A DNA stretch of 64,000 bases from a virus (IMGVR_UViG_3300028591_000095:1-64000); one strand, 5' to 3'. Positions 39,352-50,052 are shown, counted from the first letter of the stretch. The notes: generated from the sequence alone by a model not told the origin. A program made the numbers and translations.

Positions 39352-39753
39352 TTATGTGAGATTATAAGGATCATCTGCTGAGTTGTAAATAGCAACCAGA
39401 GTATCCTGTGGAAGACTGTTGACTTCTTCCTGAGTAGGATCTGAACCATATGTGACAATAGATGATTCAAATCCAACGAGTTTGAGTTTGACACTACCCT
39501 CAGTACCATCACCACGATAGTCAGTTTCAAAATCAACTGCAGTATATGTCATCAATACACGGTATACAGTTTCATTATATACTACAAGGGTATTACGTTC
39601 GTAAGTTGTACCAGGTGTATAGTCAACGATAGTGGCATTGCCTCCACCTCCACCAAGTTCAAGTTGTTTAAGCTTCTCGGTAATACTTGCAAGTTTTAAA
39701 GTATTAGCTTCAATCTGTTCCTGCAAGTCAGTAAATATTTTAGGCAGTTCCAT
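39352..39753 (-). CDS. Small virion protein: coiled coil plus CBM5/12-like module
   Basis: N-terminal coiled coil, GGGGG linker, then DYTPGTTYERNTLVVYNETVYRV. Confidence 0.5.
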   Translation of the reverse strand: MELPKIFTDLQEQIEANTLKLASITEKLKQLELGGGGGNATIVDYTPGTTYERNTLVVYNETVYRVLMTYTAVDFETDYRGDGTEGSVKLKLVGFESSIVTYGSDPTQEEVNSLPQDTLVAIYNSADDPYNLT

Positions 39754-39764
39754 AATTAACCTCC

Positions 39765-39974
39765 TTATTCTTCAGGCTGTTGCTCTTTCAGCCATTCATC
39801 GATTATGTGTTCAATTTTATCTAATAACTCACCATTAGCTCTTTCCGCAGTGAGTATCGGTGTTAAGAATTCATCCATCATTGATACGAAGAATTCATAT
39901 GTCATAACATTACACATAGTACCATCGGCATCGGGTAATTGGAATGTTAAAGGTTTATTTGGATCAAAAGCCAT
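39765..39974 (-). CDS. Hypothetical protein, 69 aa, first gene of the late tail operon
   Basis: AAAGGAGG RBS; late motif upstream. Confidence 0.65.
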   Translation of the reverse strand: MAFDPNKPLTFQLPDADGTMCNVMTYEFFVSMMDEFLTPILTAERANGELLDKIEHIIDEWLKEQQPEE

Positions 39975-39998
39975 TATAAAACCCTCCTTTATGTAAGA

Positions 39999-40011
39999 TT
40001 ACCGATTGGTT
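39999..40011 (-). promoter_or_regulatory. Putative late promoter AACC-N6-TAA
   Basis: Minus strand AACC AATCGG TAAT. Confidence 0.55.
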
Positions 40012-40135
40012 GGTCTGGTATTTTCGAAACATACAATAAAATCATTGTGATTTATTTTTATAAATATAAACAAATAAGTATTATTCTTATCCAACGAATA
40101 ACAAGAGATATACAAATGAAAGTGAGGTACGCAAA

Positions 40136-40318
40136 ATGAATATCACTGTTTACAATAAAACAAATGGTCAAGTTGTTGCAGAACTCATGTCTGCTACAAC
40201 AGGTGACGTTCTTAAGTTCATCCAGAAAGGTTTTAAAGTTGTCGATAACATGACAAAGGAAGAACTTACAGAATCAGCAGTATTGTCAATGGTTGGTACA
40301 TCCGAATGTGTGATATAA
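40136..40318 (+). CDS. Hypothetical protein, 60 aa
   Basis: GAGGT RBS; fills the intergenic gap. Confidence 0.65.
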   Translation: MNITVYNKTNGQVVAELMSATTGDVLKFIQKGFKVVDNMTKEELTESAVLSMVGTSECVI

Positions 40319-40327
40319 ATTCATACT

Positions 40328-40371
40328 TTCGATATACATATCATTAGAATGAATAGGACAGAGTCCATTCA
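40328..40371 (+). promoter_or_regulatory. Putative early promoter plus 5' hairpin
   Basis: TTCGATATACATATCATT then TGAAT-A-GGAC-AGA-GTCC-ATTCA. Confidence 0.55.
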
Positions 40372-40396
40372 AATAAAAATCAAAGGAGAAATCACA

Positions 40397-40834
40397 ATGG
40401 CTGGTATTTTTAGCATGGGTGCTTGGATAGCATATGGTAATTCAGCACTCAACAATCAGAAGGGTAAATCATCAAATCTTCAGGATGCATTCCGTGCAGA
40501 CCTCAAGAAGAACATCGCAAAGGCTGGATACCCTTCAAAGGACGAAATCGGAATCATCGATGAGATTAATGACTTCTCATTCGATAACACTCTCAAGCAG
40601 ATGCCTCAGCTCGTAGCTGACTACATGAGAGACGAGAACAGAAAGTTCAACCTCCCTGCACCTGATGGCAGCTGTACAACAGCATCAATCGAAATCGTTC
40701 ACAAAGAGTCTCAGACCAAGAGCGGTGTTGCAAAGCTCGGTGGTGGCAAAGATCCTATTCCGTGGGAGAGCACAATCAAAGAGCATGACGAGTATTCACT
40801 CTCTAACAACAGAGACGCATTCAAAGTTAAGTAA
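40397..40834 (+). CDS. Probably highly expressed small protein, possibly HU/TF1-like DNA-binding
   Basis: ATG 40397 behind AAAGGAG; codon bias (CTC, AAG, GAC, AAC) like the capsid gene; C-terminal beta-arm-like segment. Confidence 0.5.
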   Translation: MAGIFSMGAWIAYGNSALNNQKGKSSNLQDAFRADLKKNIAKAGYPSKDEIGIIDEINDFSFDNTLKQMPQLVADYMRDENRKFNLPAPDGSCTTASIEIVHKESQTKSGVAKLGGGKDPIPWESTIKEHDEYSLSNNRDAFKVK

Positions 40835-40876
40835 TCTTCTCACAATCGATGTTGATTTCCTTACGAACACATTAAA

Positions 40877-40898
40877 GGACGGGGCATTAGCCCCGTCC
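40877..40898. terminator. Hairpin between convergent genes
   Basis: GGACGGGGC-ATTA-GCCCCGTCC. Confidence 0.7.
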
Positions 40899-40908
40899 CA
40901 AGTGTGTT

Positions 40909-43900
40909 TTAACCACGTATCAAACTCTTAATGACATCTGGAACTTCTTCATCATACATATCGGATTCATCCGCTGTAGTTTCAGTTGTACCAGTTGTCT
41001 TAATAGCGTCCAGTTTAGCAAGTATCTTGTTGAGTATTTTTTCTGTTCGAGGAGATCTAGTTGTGAATTCTGACTTAAGTAGATAATTCAACAGATCAGT
41101 TCTACTAAGATCACTTGTGTCATTGTTGATACCTGAACCTTGGATAGTGTAGTTGTTTACTGTATATGAACCCTCTGAACCGTAATTGAGCATCTGATCT
41201 ATTACGTTATCACTCAGAGGTGGAATATCATTAGCTACGGTTGTTACATCTCCGGAACCGTAGATACCGCCAGGAACGAAGAATCCTGAATCTGTAGTAT
41301 TATAATCGAAATCACCACATGCACCAATCATTGAATTAAGTTGTGCGAGAGTCTTTTCCGTACCTGAAGCAAGAACTTCAACTGGACGGTTCTTGTTCTT
41401 GATAGTCTTATCGTAAGACATACCAAGCGTTGTCCATTTAAGATTATGACCGTTTCTCTTGTACCTTCCATCAGTGTATACTGATCCATGTGTGTAGTAA
41501 TGTTTAAGATCATCATTTGACATTACCTTGTTAGTATCCAGCCATTTCTGACCATATGCAGGTTTGTAGAATTTGGTACTTGTATCTGTACCCACCCAGT
41601 TATTTATCTTTGCATCTGATGCGGAGTTAACCGGATTAACAGTTGTTGTCGTATATTTATGATCGTTCTTTTTATTGATTGCAGTTGCTGAATCTGTAAA
41701 GTCCGAACTATGACCCCAACCACAGTAAGGACGACCATCTGAAGCACGACCTCCAGCATATACAAATACCCATGAACCCCATGTAGTAACCTTTGTATAT
41801 GATTTGTTGTTTTGTAATTTACACGATAACTTACTACTGTCTGAATGATCGAGATATAGATATACATCTCCATGTCCCTTAGTGAGTAATTGACTATTAG
41901 ACCATGTAGTTCCACCATTATGGTTCTTTTTCATAGTCTTATAAAGAGTCTGAACCTCAGTGTTTGTAGCCCATACTCGAGTGTCTGTATTGCTAGCTTC
42001 AGCATCACCCTGTTCAAGTTCTTCATCATAATCATAATCTCCAAAATCACTATAGCTTGAAGTAGAGTATGAAGAACTAAGTGCATCTGCACTATTGTTG
42101 ATGTTAGTCTGTACTGTGCTGTACATGTTCTTGTAGTAATCAGGTAAGTAATCAGCATACTCGCCAAGTATACTACTTAAATCAAATCCAGACACAGTAC
42201 CACCACCGCCAGCTACAGTTGTACTTCCACCACCAGCTGCATAACCACTGGACTGACCATTATCAAGCATCCAGTTATATGCATCAACGGCTGTACGCAT
42301 ATGCTTCGCAAGCTGTGCTGATGTGTACCAGTTCTCAGGCACGAGTGCATTTGCAACGTAATGACCCATTGACTCAGCGATATCAGTTTCCGCATATGGA
42401 CCCCATCTATCATTTGCACCAAGTTTAGGAGCATGACCAAGAGCTTGAGTAATTCCAGCTTTATAATCGTTGAAGTTAACATTCTTTGCACGTGAGAATG
42501 TAGAATCTGCATCGAAGTATTGCTTCTTGATATATGGAAGCTGATCAGCTAATGTTGAACCATACTTAGTTTCATGACCACCACGATATGCATTCTTCGA
42601 ATCTGGAATCCAGTTCATCAAACCGAACGCAGCTTGACCGTTCTTATCAAATGTAACTGCTGTAAGTGATTTCTCACCGGTAAGTTTCTGAGCGGCATCT
42701 TCATGGATACCAATAGCAGCAATCATAGCGGTTTGTGCCGCAGTAAGTCCTGCTTTCTTAGCTTGATTCCAGTAACCACCAGATGTGAGTTTTGCTGGAT
42801 ATGGAGACCAGAATACCGGAGCAGCTTTCATTGCAGCTGACAACTGGATCTTACCCTGTTTACCTCCTGCAAACTCACCTGTCGAACCACTGGCATCACC
42901 AGCGTCAGCACCTTCTTCAAGTGCACTACCAGATTTACCACCGACATATCGAAGAATGGTTGTTGGTATACCACCACCACCTTCTCCGGCGTATCCAGGA
43001 CCCATAGTCCATAACAGATAATTCTTCCAATTCTCATCTCTATCAAGATATGCTTTAGCTGCACCAGCACCGAGTTGTCTAAGTCTCTGACCACCAGCAT
43101 CTTGGTCACCTGCATCGTAACCATATGCGTTCGGTTGATCACCTTTGATATACAAACCGACGTGTTTCGGAGTTGTGAGAATGTCGCCAGGTTTGAGTTT
43201 CTCAGCACTATATGGGATGAACTCCCAGTCATTTGAAAGAGATCCATCAGAATTATAAATCAAATCATTCTTAGTTTTACCAGTAAGATCATGGGTTGTC
43301 CATCTTCTGGTACTACCATTCATAGTTCCTTTGAATGAGTAACCCATATAGTTCATTGCAGCACTGATCATGCCTGAACAGTCTGGATGTAATTCAGGAA
43401 GTTCTACACCACTACGAGTTGTGATAGGACCATGGTTTGCATTCGAATATATTGCTCCAAGTTTCTTAGCAGCACCTTCCCATACTTGAGCAGCAGCCTC
43501 GTAAAGATCTGATGTTTGTCCGGTCATGTTACCACCACCACCGCCACCACCAGAACTTCTTCCACCACCACCAGCTGTAGCAGCAGATGCCTGAAGAGCT
43601 TCACCGAGTTTCTTAATAGCGATTGATGCTTTCTTGGATTTAACATAATCACTATCATCTGATTCTACCAAATATTTGAATCCACCGGATACTATAGGAT
43701 TACCAGCTTCGTCATGAACGATATTACCAGCAGCGTCTTTCTGATAAACAACGTATGGTTCGTAATATCCCTTACTGTTAGCGACCATAGTATCATAACG
43801 ATTCCGAAGGTCTTCACTGATCTTATCGGATACAACCATTGAAATGTATTTATTTCTTACAGTCGATTTACCATTCCATTCATCAGATATACGCTTTTCG

Positions 43901-46900
43901 TATTCCTCTAAAGTTTCATCATCTCTTATAGGATTATCTGTACGATAGAGATCCATCGCAGTCATAACCTTAGTCTGATAGTCTTCCTTAGAGAGTTCTT
44001 CCATTGCTGTCTTAGCGACACTAGCTTCAGAGTATTCTTGTTTCTTCTCATTAGCCATGTTAGTAATATCAGATGATGCATCTGTATTAAATATATTACT
44101 GAAAAGATTTGTCATTCCCTTCAGTGTTTCCATAGCTGATTGAGTTGCTGTAGATAATGAATCCATTGTTATCATATCACCGTTACCATAGATACCCATC
44201 AACGATGAACCTGCAATATCATTTGCATTTCTACGCTGAATCTTACCCGTTAACGGATTAGATACATATACACCACCGTACTTGTCCGTACCAATTGCAT
44301 TCATGTAATGAACGTTTCCAGTACGTGTTCCATATGCTGATCCACTGCCTACGAGAGTTATTGGATTATTAGGTGAAGCCTTCTTGAGTGAACGCATTGT
44401 TACTCCACCTACGGTTGTATTCATACCCAGAGCATTTGATGCAGCTAAATATCCGCTAACAGATGTTCCTCTCGATGGGTCATACGCACCATTTGATGTC
44501 ATAGAACCTGCAAGCTTTCTAGCATTGATGTTAGAACCAGTTCTACGATTATATGCTTCAGCAAGTGCTACTGGACCACAACCACGACGTGCCATGTTAA
44601 GATAGTTTCCGTATGATGTTTGAGCATCACCACTACCAATAATCTCAGCTGTAGCCTCATCATTAATATTCGAATAAGGTATATCACCTTCAGAATAATG
44701 ATACGGACCATTAGCTATGACAGTTGTATCAACAACTTTAGTGGTTTTGGTTGAAGTCGGAACAGTTTCATTTGTAGCAGCTTTTAATGATGCACCAACA
44801 GTTGCTGCTGATACAAGTGCAAGCTTTGTATTCTTTATAGCAGACAAACCTTTTTCCTCAGTTGATTGACCATCTGCAAGAAGTTGATCGGTATCTCCCA
44901 TCATCTTCTTACCGAGTTCAGCAATCTTGTTATTCTCGTCAACCCATGGGAGTAATGCGAATGCTTCACCGATTGCATGGATTATCTTACCGAGACCACC
45001 AACGATACCACCAGAACTACTCTTAGCAGCGCCATATTGTGCAGTAGCCAAACCAGTTTGAATTTCAGCTTCATCAGCAATCTTGTTTGTGTTAGAAACC
45101 ATCTCAAGTGTACCATGTTTGAACATCGATTTCTGCATCTCGATATCCTCTTCACGATTCTTGTCAGCTTTCTCTTCAGCAAGTTTTCTAGCATCGTCTT
45201 CTTGTTTATAACGATCACCAAGGAACTCAATGAGTCTATCAGTATCATTATTAACTGCTTCTCCATCGACTGTTGTATTTTGAGCCTCAGTAGCAACTGC
45301 AGTTCTCGAAAGTGTTTCAGCATCTTCAAGCGACATATCACCAGTCATGATGCGCTCGATGATATTACGAGACTTATCAGGATCATTAGGATAAATCATT
45401 TGAGCTAAACGTTTAGCTTCTCTTTCCTTCTCAGCATGAGTAAGTTCAACAGGAATAGTTGATTTAACTTTACCTTGTTCATAGAATGAACCATCAAGTT
45501 TAGCATCAAGATAAGCATTCATCTTCTCTGAACCATGAATATCATATGCTGAATAACGAGGTGTACCATCTTCATCAATACTGCTGGCACCATATGGAAG
45601 TGTGGTTGTAGTATTTTGTTTATTAGAATTGGTATTTGATCCTGTACCGGCTGTAGTATTAGAAGAATTAGATTCATTACTTTCTTCTTCAGGATCATTA
45701 TCCGGAATACCCATACGTTGCATATACTTAAAACGTTTCTTTCTACTGCCTGGATGAACGATGAACGCCAGAGCTTCAGCAAATTTGTTGATTATCTTCT
45801 GAATGAATCCCATAAATTTGGTTAATGGTTTTGCAATCATCGATACAATTCCACCAACAGCCTTAGCAATACCAGCAATAATTGGTGACAATACTTTGAG
45901 GATTGTATTTACAGATCCAGCTATGACTTCAAGTAATGGTCCGAGTGCAGTGAGTGTGTCAGCGATTGGTCCTGTAATTGATGCAACGAGCTCTTGTAAT
46001 GTACCTGTGAGTATCTTAAGAACTGGCTTTACAGTTTTAACGAGTTCCTTGAATACACTGTTGAGAGGTTTAAGTATAGCAGTGAGAGTTTGTTTGATTA
46101 ATTGCATAATAGCTTTAGCACCACTCATACTAGCAATGATTTGCATAATCATTCCTGAGATATTCATGATTGCACCTATAGCACCACCAAACATCTTACC
46201 AAGACCACCAAGAAGTTTACTACCGTAGCTTTCTTGCTTACCATCAGCTGCAGCATTTGTCATTGTTGCCGTTCGATGTTCATCGTCAGCACTTGTTGCA
46301 GCTGCAGAACTATTCTGCATACTACCAACATCAACAACGGTTGCTTGTAATTCATTAGAATGTTTAACATCTGCAGTTTGAGCTGATGTATCTCGAGCAG
46401 CTTCAGCTTCGTTTCCTTTGACAGTTTCTTCCTTGAGTGAATCAACTGCATCAACGATTCGAGTTGTTTGTTCTTCTTGCTTCTGTTCAGCTTGCTGTTG
46501 AGTATCTTCAGCGACAGTAGTTTGTTCAGTTCTGGCAGGTGCATTCCAGTCACCATAACCACCATCTGCAACAGGATTTATTACGACTTGAGATTGTCCA
46601 GGAGCTGACCAATCTGTTCCATCTGCAACACCAGGTTTCATTTCGATAGGTTCAGTCTTTTCTTCTTTCTTAGAAGATTCACTAGAAGTTTCTTCACCAC
46701 CATTTTTCTCAACTTCAATCAATTCATGAAGTTGATCACGTATCTCTGTAAGAACTGAGGTTTGTTGACCCTTGAGCATTTCCTCCATTGCACGCTGTTC
46801 AGCGAGTCCTGGATTCTGTGCTTCCTCTTTAGAACGCATTCTCTCACGAGTCTTGTCGAATGATGACATGAATCCCTTACCGAATGAAGTGTTTCTGAAT

Positions 46901-49900
46901 TTATCTATCTGACGTTTAAAGAAGTCTCCATTATTCCACCAATCGGAAATCTTACCAGCAAAGTCTTTGAGTTTATTAAAGACACCCTTACCGAAATTTT
47001 TAAGTTTTTCACCTACGAACTTGAAAGCACCTTTGATTTTACCAGTAATAAATTTTCCTATTGACTTAACTTTATTGATTACAGCAGTACCAACTTTCTT
47101 AGCAATATCTATAATCGGTTTACCTATTTCTTTGAGTTTCGGAAGAATGATTTCTCTACCGATAGCGGTTATACTTTTATAGACATCTGATGCACCAGAA
47201 CCAAAACTCTTGATACCTTCTACTGTACCAATAGCACGTTTCTTGAATCGGTTAACCATGAACGTCACAATTGGTGAAAGGAATTTCTTTGCTTTACCAA
47301 CTACTTTTCCTACAAGAACTGAAATACCTGTAATCAATGGAGCAAAGAAGTTTTTCAACATTCCTTTTCCACCAGATAACAAACGACCCAGCAATCCAGT
47401 ACCAGATGCTTTCTTAGCACTACGCTCGAGCATTCCAGATACTGATGTTCTAAGACGGGCTTTCAGTTTCTGATCCTTGATACGAGAGATCTCCATCATG
47501 ATAGCTTGTCTGTCAGCAGTACCATCACCATCTTCAAGTGCACTCTCCATCAATGACAATACGAGATTCATCTGAGCTTTGTCTTCTTCAGATATTTCTT
47601 CTCTATTACCATATGCTCTGGCTTTATCAAGTGACTTCTGTAAAGAGTTATCAATGAAATTGTCAGTTCTGTCAATAACCGTAGATCCAGCTTCTCTAAT
47701 TTTATCCTTTGCCATTCCAAAAAGTTGATCTCCGGTTCTATGCATAAATGAATTTATAGCTCCTGATATTCTACCAGATCCGTACAATCCAACAACTGAC
47801 GAACTTCCAACAGAACCGATTGGACGTTTGTGAATTCTACCATCGATTGGATTTGATATTATAACATTACCATTTCCATCAGTACCAATGACATTCATAA
47901 AATGATTACTGCCTGGCATTGTACCAAAATCATCACCAGAACCAAGAACTGTGATTGGATTTCCAGGTGTTGCAGTACGAAGAGACATGTTGCTAACCTT
48001 ACCAGCAACCAATGGTTGACCGTACATGTTAGATGCTTTAATAAAGTCTGAAACGTTCATACCGTTTGTTGGACTATATAAACCTCTACGTGCTAAAGCT
48101 TCAGCGAGTGCAACAGGTCCACAACCATGCTGTGCTATTCCGAGATAGTTTCCATAAGATGTCTGATTGAATCCAGAACCATGACCACGGTATTGTTCTG
48201 TAAGTTGTTCAAGCTTTTCTTGCAACTGGCTTATCTCTGCAGCATTGTCGGATGTTAAAGAATCACGAAGATTTCGAGCTCGATCAAAGATCGATGAATC
48301 ATTTCCACCATGTTGATGCTTGAGTTGATATATTTTTTCTCTGAGCTCTTTGATCTCATCAGCGAGTGCTTCTTTCTCATAGAGAGCTTTGATCTCAGTA
48401 ATACCAGCTTCTTTTACATCACTATCGGTTACAACACCTGCCAATGATGTGAGTGGAGATCCAGTGCTTGTATACTTCTTACGACGATCACGATCCTCTT
48501 TATATTTTCTATTGACAGCATTTACAAATTCACGACCACCAGAACCAACTGCAATACGTTGTAATACTTTAGTTACAGCCATTGACCAGTTGACACCGTG
48601 TTTAGGAGAACTTGAACCTATGATCTCAGCTGTCATTGAAATAACATTTGTGTCGAGATCTTTAAGTTCCTTTACAGTGAGACTATTTTTTCCACTTGTA
48701 TTGAGATTCTGAACATATACAGCTTGCAATACTCTTTGAATCATTTGTACATCTGTATTAGATATATCATCTGTCTTTGATTCATAAAGATCCTGCATTG
48801 CAGTTCTACTTAAATCAGAATTCCAATCACGGAAATTTTCATTGTTGAGTTTACCCCAGTTCTCATCTTTGTATTGCTTACGGTTTGCGGTTTGATCTTC
48901 ATCCCATAACCGTTGTTGATAAGAATTCAGGGTGCTTGTACCCATTGACAAACTACCAGATTTGTCAACATTATAATTTATACCAGTAACACCTCTGGCA
49001 ATTATACGAAGATATTCCGGAATGGTTTTGATGATAGTCGTCTTTACGAAGCCATCAAATGCAACAGGCTTTTCATTATATGTATTGGCTACTTCAGATC
49101 CCCAATTCTGATTTTTAGGACCTCTACGAAGATCACCGAATAATACTTTAAAAGGACCGCTGGAGATCATATTTTCCAAACCACTTTGAACAGCTTCTCC
49201 AACTTTATCATTCAATGATTTTAAAGTTGAATTAATTGATTCACCGCCGAGAATATCAAGTTTCTTAGAACCAAGAGTTTTCTCGAGAATTGATCTAACA
49301 TAGTCTTCAGGTTTGCCTAAGAAATCTGTGATCTTTGCATTCTTTCTATCTTCATCGTTACCAAAAGACATAAGAGTGCTAGCAAGACCTGCGATACCAC
49401 CACCTTGTTCTTTGCTATAGTTATATATACCACCGAGAGACAGTTTACCATTAGAATCGTATAAACCCCTTTTTTCTTCACTCTCAGTTTTAAGAGTATA
49501 TACATTAGCAAATGCATCGAGCTTCTTAGATATTCCTATGAGTGTTGAATTGATATTATTGACTGATGCAAGTAATTCAGAACTACGCTGATTCAATGTT
49601 GTTATTATTTCAGCAGTAGACGCTAAACGACTCTCATTATGCTTAGCTGCAATGGAGTACATTGCATTTGTTTGACGTTTGCTGATTTTATCCATCTCAT
49701 CTTTATCTAAAACATGAGACGAAGGTTCATCATCCTCGTTATCATCGAACCCAGCATCAAATCCTGGATCAAATTCATCGTCTACATCGCTTTCTTGTTC
49801 TTTCTGATAGAACCAGTCACGAATATTTCTGAAATTAATACTACGCTTCAGACTTCTAAGAGTCTCAATCGTAGTTTTAGATGAACCCATTACTTCAGTA

Positions 49901-50013
49901 CGAAGTTCATTAGCGTCATTAACCAATGCTATCGAATTGCTGAAGTAATCTTTACCATAATCAGCGGCGGCATCTTTGAGTAACTTGAGACTCTGAGACA
50001 ATAAGTTTGGCAT
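40909..50013 (-). CDS. Giant tape-measure / tail-associated lysin with two C39-like peptidase domains, an NlpC/P60 domain and a phage tail lysozyme domain
   Basis: 3034 aa; amphipathic tape-measure repeats; two copies of Q...GCGPVALAEA...H(F/Y)MNxIG...SNP; PDCSG...PGDIL...HVG; AMIAAIGIHE...FGLMNW...LADQLPYI. Confidence 0.8.
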   Translation of the reverse strand: MPNLLSQSLKLLKDAAADYGKDYFSNSIALVNDANELRTEVMGSSKTTIETLRSLKRSINFRNIRDWFYQKEQESDVDDEFDPGFDAGFDDNEDDEPSSHVLDKDEMDKISKRQTNAMYSIAAKHNESRLASTAEIITTLNQRSSELLASVNNINSTLIGISKKLDAFANVYTLKTESEEKRGLYDSNGKLSLGGIYNYSKEQGGGIAGLASTLMSFGNDEDRKNAKITDFLGKPEDYVRSILEKTLGSKKLDILGGESINSTLKSLNDKVGEAVQSGLENMISSGPFKVLFGDLRRGPKNQNWGSEVANTYNEKPVAFDGFVKTTIIKTIPEYLRIIARGVTGINYNVDKSGSLSMGTSTLNSYQQRLWDEDQTANRKQYKDENWGKLNNENFRDWNSDLSRTAMQDLYESKTDDISNTDVQMIQRVLQAVYVQNLNTSGKNSLTVKELKDLDTNVISMTAEIIGSSSPKHGVNWSMAVTKVLQRIAVGSGGREFVNAVNRKYKEDRDRRKKYTSTGSPLTSLAGVVTDSDVKEAGITEIKALYEKEALADEIKELREKIYQLKHQHGGNDSSIFDRARNLRDSLTSDNAAEISQLQEKLEQLTEQYRGHGSGFNQTSYGNYLGIAQHGCGPVALAEALARRGLYSPTNGMNVSDFIKASNMYGQPLVAGKVSNMSLRTATPGNPITVLGSGDDFGTMPGSNHFMNVIGTDGNGNVIISNPIDGRIHKRPIGSVGSSSVVGLYGSGRISGAINSFMHRTGDQLFGMAKDKIREAGSTVIDRTDNFIDNSLQKSLDKARAYGNREEISEEDKAQMNLVLSLMESALEDGDGTADRQAIMMEISRIKDQKLKARLRTSVSGMLERSAKKASGTGLLGRLLSGGKGMLKNFFAPLITGISVLVGKVVGKAKKFLSPIVTFMVNRFKKRAIGTVEGIKSFGSGASDVYKSITAIGREIILPKLKEIGKPIIDIAKKVGTAVINKVKSIGKFITGKIKGAFKFVGEKLKNFGKGVFNKLKDFAGKISDWWNNGDFFKRQIDKFRNTSFGKGFMSSFDKTRERMRSKEEAQNPGLAEQRAMEEMLKGQQTSVLTEIRDQLHELIEVEKNGGEETSSESSKKEEKTEPIEMKPGVADGTDWSAPGQSQVVINPVADGGYGDWNAPARTEQTTVAEDTQQQAEQKQEEQTTRIVDAVDSLKEETVKGNEAEAARDTSAQTADVKHSNELQATVVDVGSMQNSSAAATSADDEHRTATMTNAAADGKQESYGSKLLGGLGKMFGGAIGAIMNISGMIMQIIASMSGAKAIMQLIKQTLTAILKPLNSVFKELVKTVKPVLKILTGTLQELVASITGPIADTLTALGPLLEVIAGSVNTILKVLSPIIAGIAKAVGGIVSMIAKPLTKFMGFIQKIINKFAEALAFIVHPGSRKKRFKYMQRMGIPDNDPEEESNESNSSNTTAGTGSNTNSNKQNTTTTLPYGASSIDEDGTPRYSAYDIHGSEKMNAYLDAKLDGSFYEQGKVKSTIPVELTHAEKEREAKRLAQMIYPNDPDKSRNIIERIMTGDMSLEDAETLSRTAVATEAQNTTVDGEAVNNDTDRLIEFLGDRYKQEDDARKLAEEKADKNREEDIEMQKSMFKHGTLEMVSNTNKIADEAEIQTGLATAQYGAAKSSSGGIVGGLGKIIHAIGEAFALLPWVDENNKIAELGKKMMGDTDQLLADGQSTEEKGLSAIKNTKLALVSAATVGASLKAATNETVPTSTKTTKVVDTTVIANGPYHYSEGDIPYSNINDEATAEIIGSGDAQTSYGNYLNMARRGCGPVALAEAYNRRTGSNINARKLAGSMTSNGAYDPSRGTSVSGYLAASNALGMNTTVGGVTMRSLKKASPNNPITLVGSGSAYGTRTGNVHYMNAIGTDKYGGVYVSNPLTGKIQRRNANDIAGSSLMGIYGNGDMITMDSLSTATQSAMETLKGMTNLFSNIFNTDASSDITNMANEKKQEYSEASVAKTAMEELSKEDYQTKVMTAMDLYRTDNPIRDDETLEEYEKRISDEWNGKSTVRNKYISMVVSDKISEDLRNRYDTMVANSKGYYEPYVVYQKDAAGNIVHDEAGNPIVSGGFKYLVESDDSDYVKSKKASIAIKKLGEALQASAATAGGGGRSSGGGGGGGNMTGQTSDLYEAAAQVWEGAAKKLGAIYSNANHGPITTRSGVELPELHPDCSGMISAAMNYMGYSFKGTMNGSTRRWTTHDLTGKTKNDLIYNSDGSLSNDWEFIPYSAEKLKPGDILTTPKHVGLYIKGDQPNAYGYDAGDQDAGGQRLRQLGAGAAKAYLDRDENWKNYLLWTMGPGYAGEGGGGIPTTILRYVGGKSGSALEEGADAGDASGSTGEFAGGKQGKIQLSAAMKAAPVFWSPYPAKLTSGGYWNQAKKAGLTAAQTAMIAAIGIHEDAAQKLTGEKSLTAVTFDKNGQAAFGLMNWIPDSKNAYRGGHETKYGSTLADQLPYIKKQYFDADSTFSRAKNVNFNDYKAGITQALGHAPKLGANDRWGPYAETDIAESMGHYVANALVPENWYTSAQLAKHMRTAVDAYNWMLDNGQSSGYAAGGGSTTVAGGGGTVSGFDLSSILGEYADYLPDYYKNMYSTVQTNINNSADALSSSYSTSSYSDFGDYDYDEELEQGDAEASNTDTRVWATNTEVQTLYKTMKKNHNGGTTWSNSQLLTKGHGDVYLYLDHSDSSKLSCKLQNNKSYTKVTTWGSWVFVYAGGRASDGRPYCGWGHSSDFTDSATAINKKNDHKYTTTTVNPVNSASDAKINNWVGTDTSTKFYKPAYGQKWLDTNKVMSNDDLKHYYTHGSVYTDGRYKRNGHNLKWTTLGMSYDKTIKNKNRPVEVLASGTEKTLAQLNSMIGACGDFDYNTTDSGFFVPGGIYGSGDVTTVANDIPPLSDNVIDQMLNYGSEGSYTVNNYTIQGSGINNDTSDLSRTDLLNYLLKSEFTTRSPRTEKILNKILAKLDAIKTTGTTETTADESDMYDEEVPDVIKSLIRG

Positions 50014-50052
50014 ACACTCACATCCTTTCTTATTAATATTTGCTATGGAAGC

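Noticed and set aside
44177-48190. C39-like cassettes as inteins
   Set aside because: No N-terminal Cys/Ser and C-terminal His-Asn splice junctions; the motifs are papain-like, not HINT
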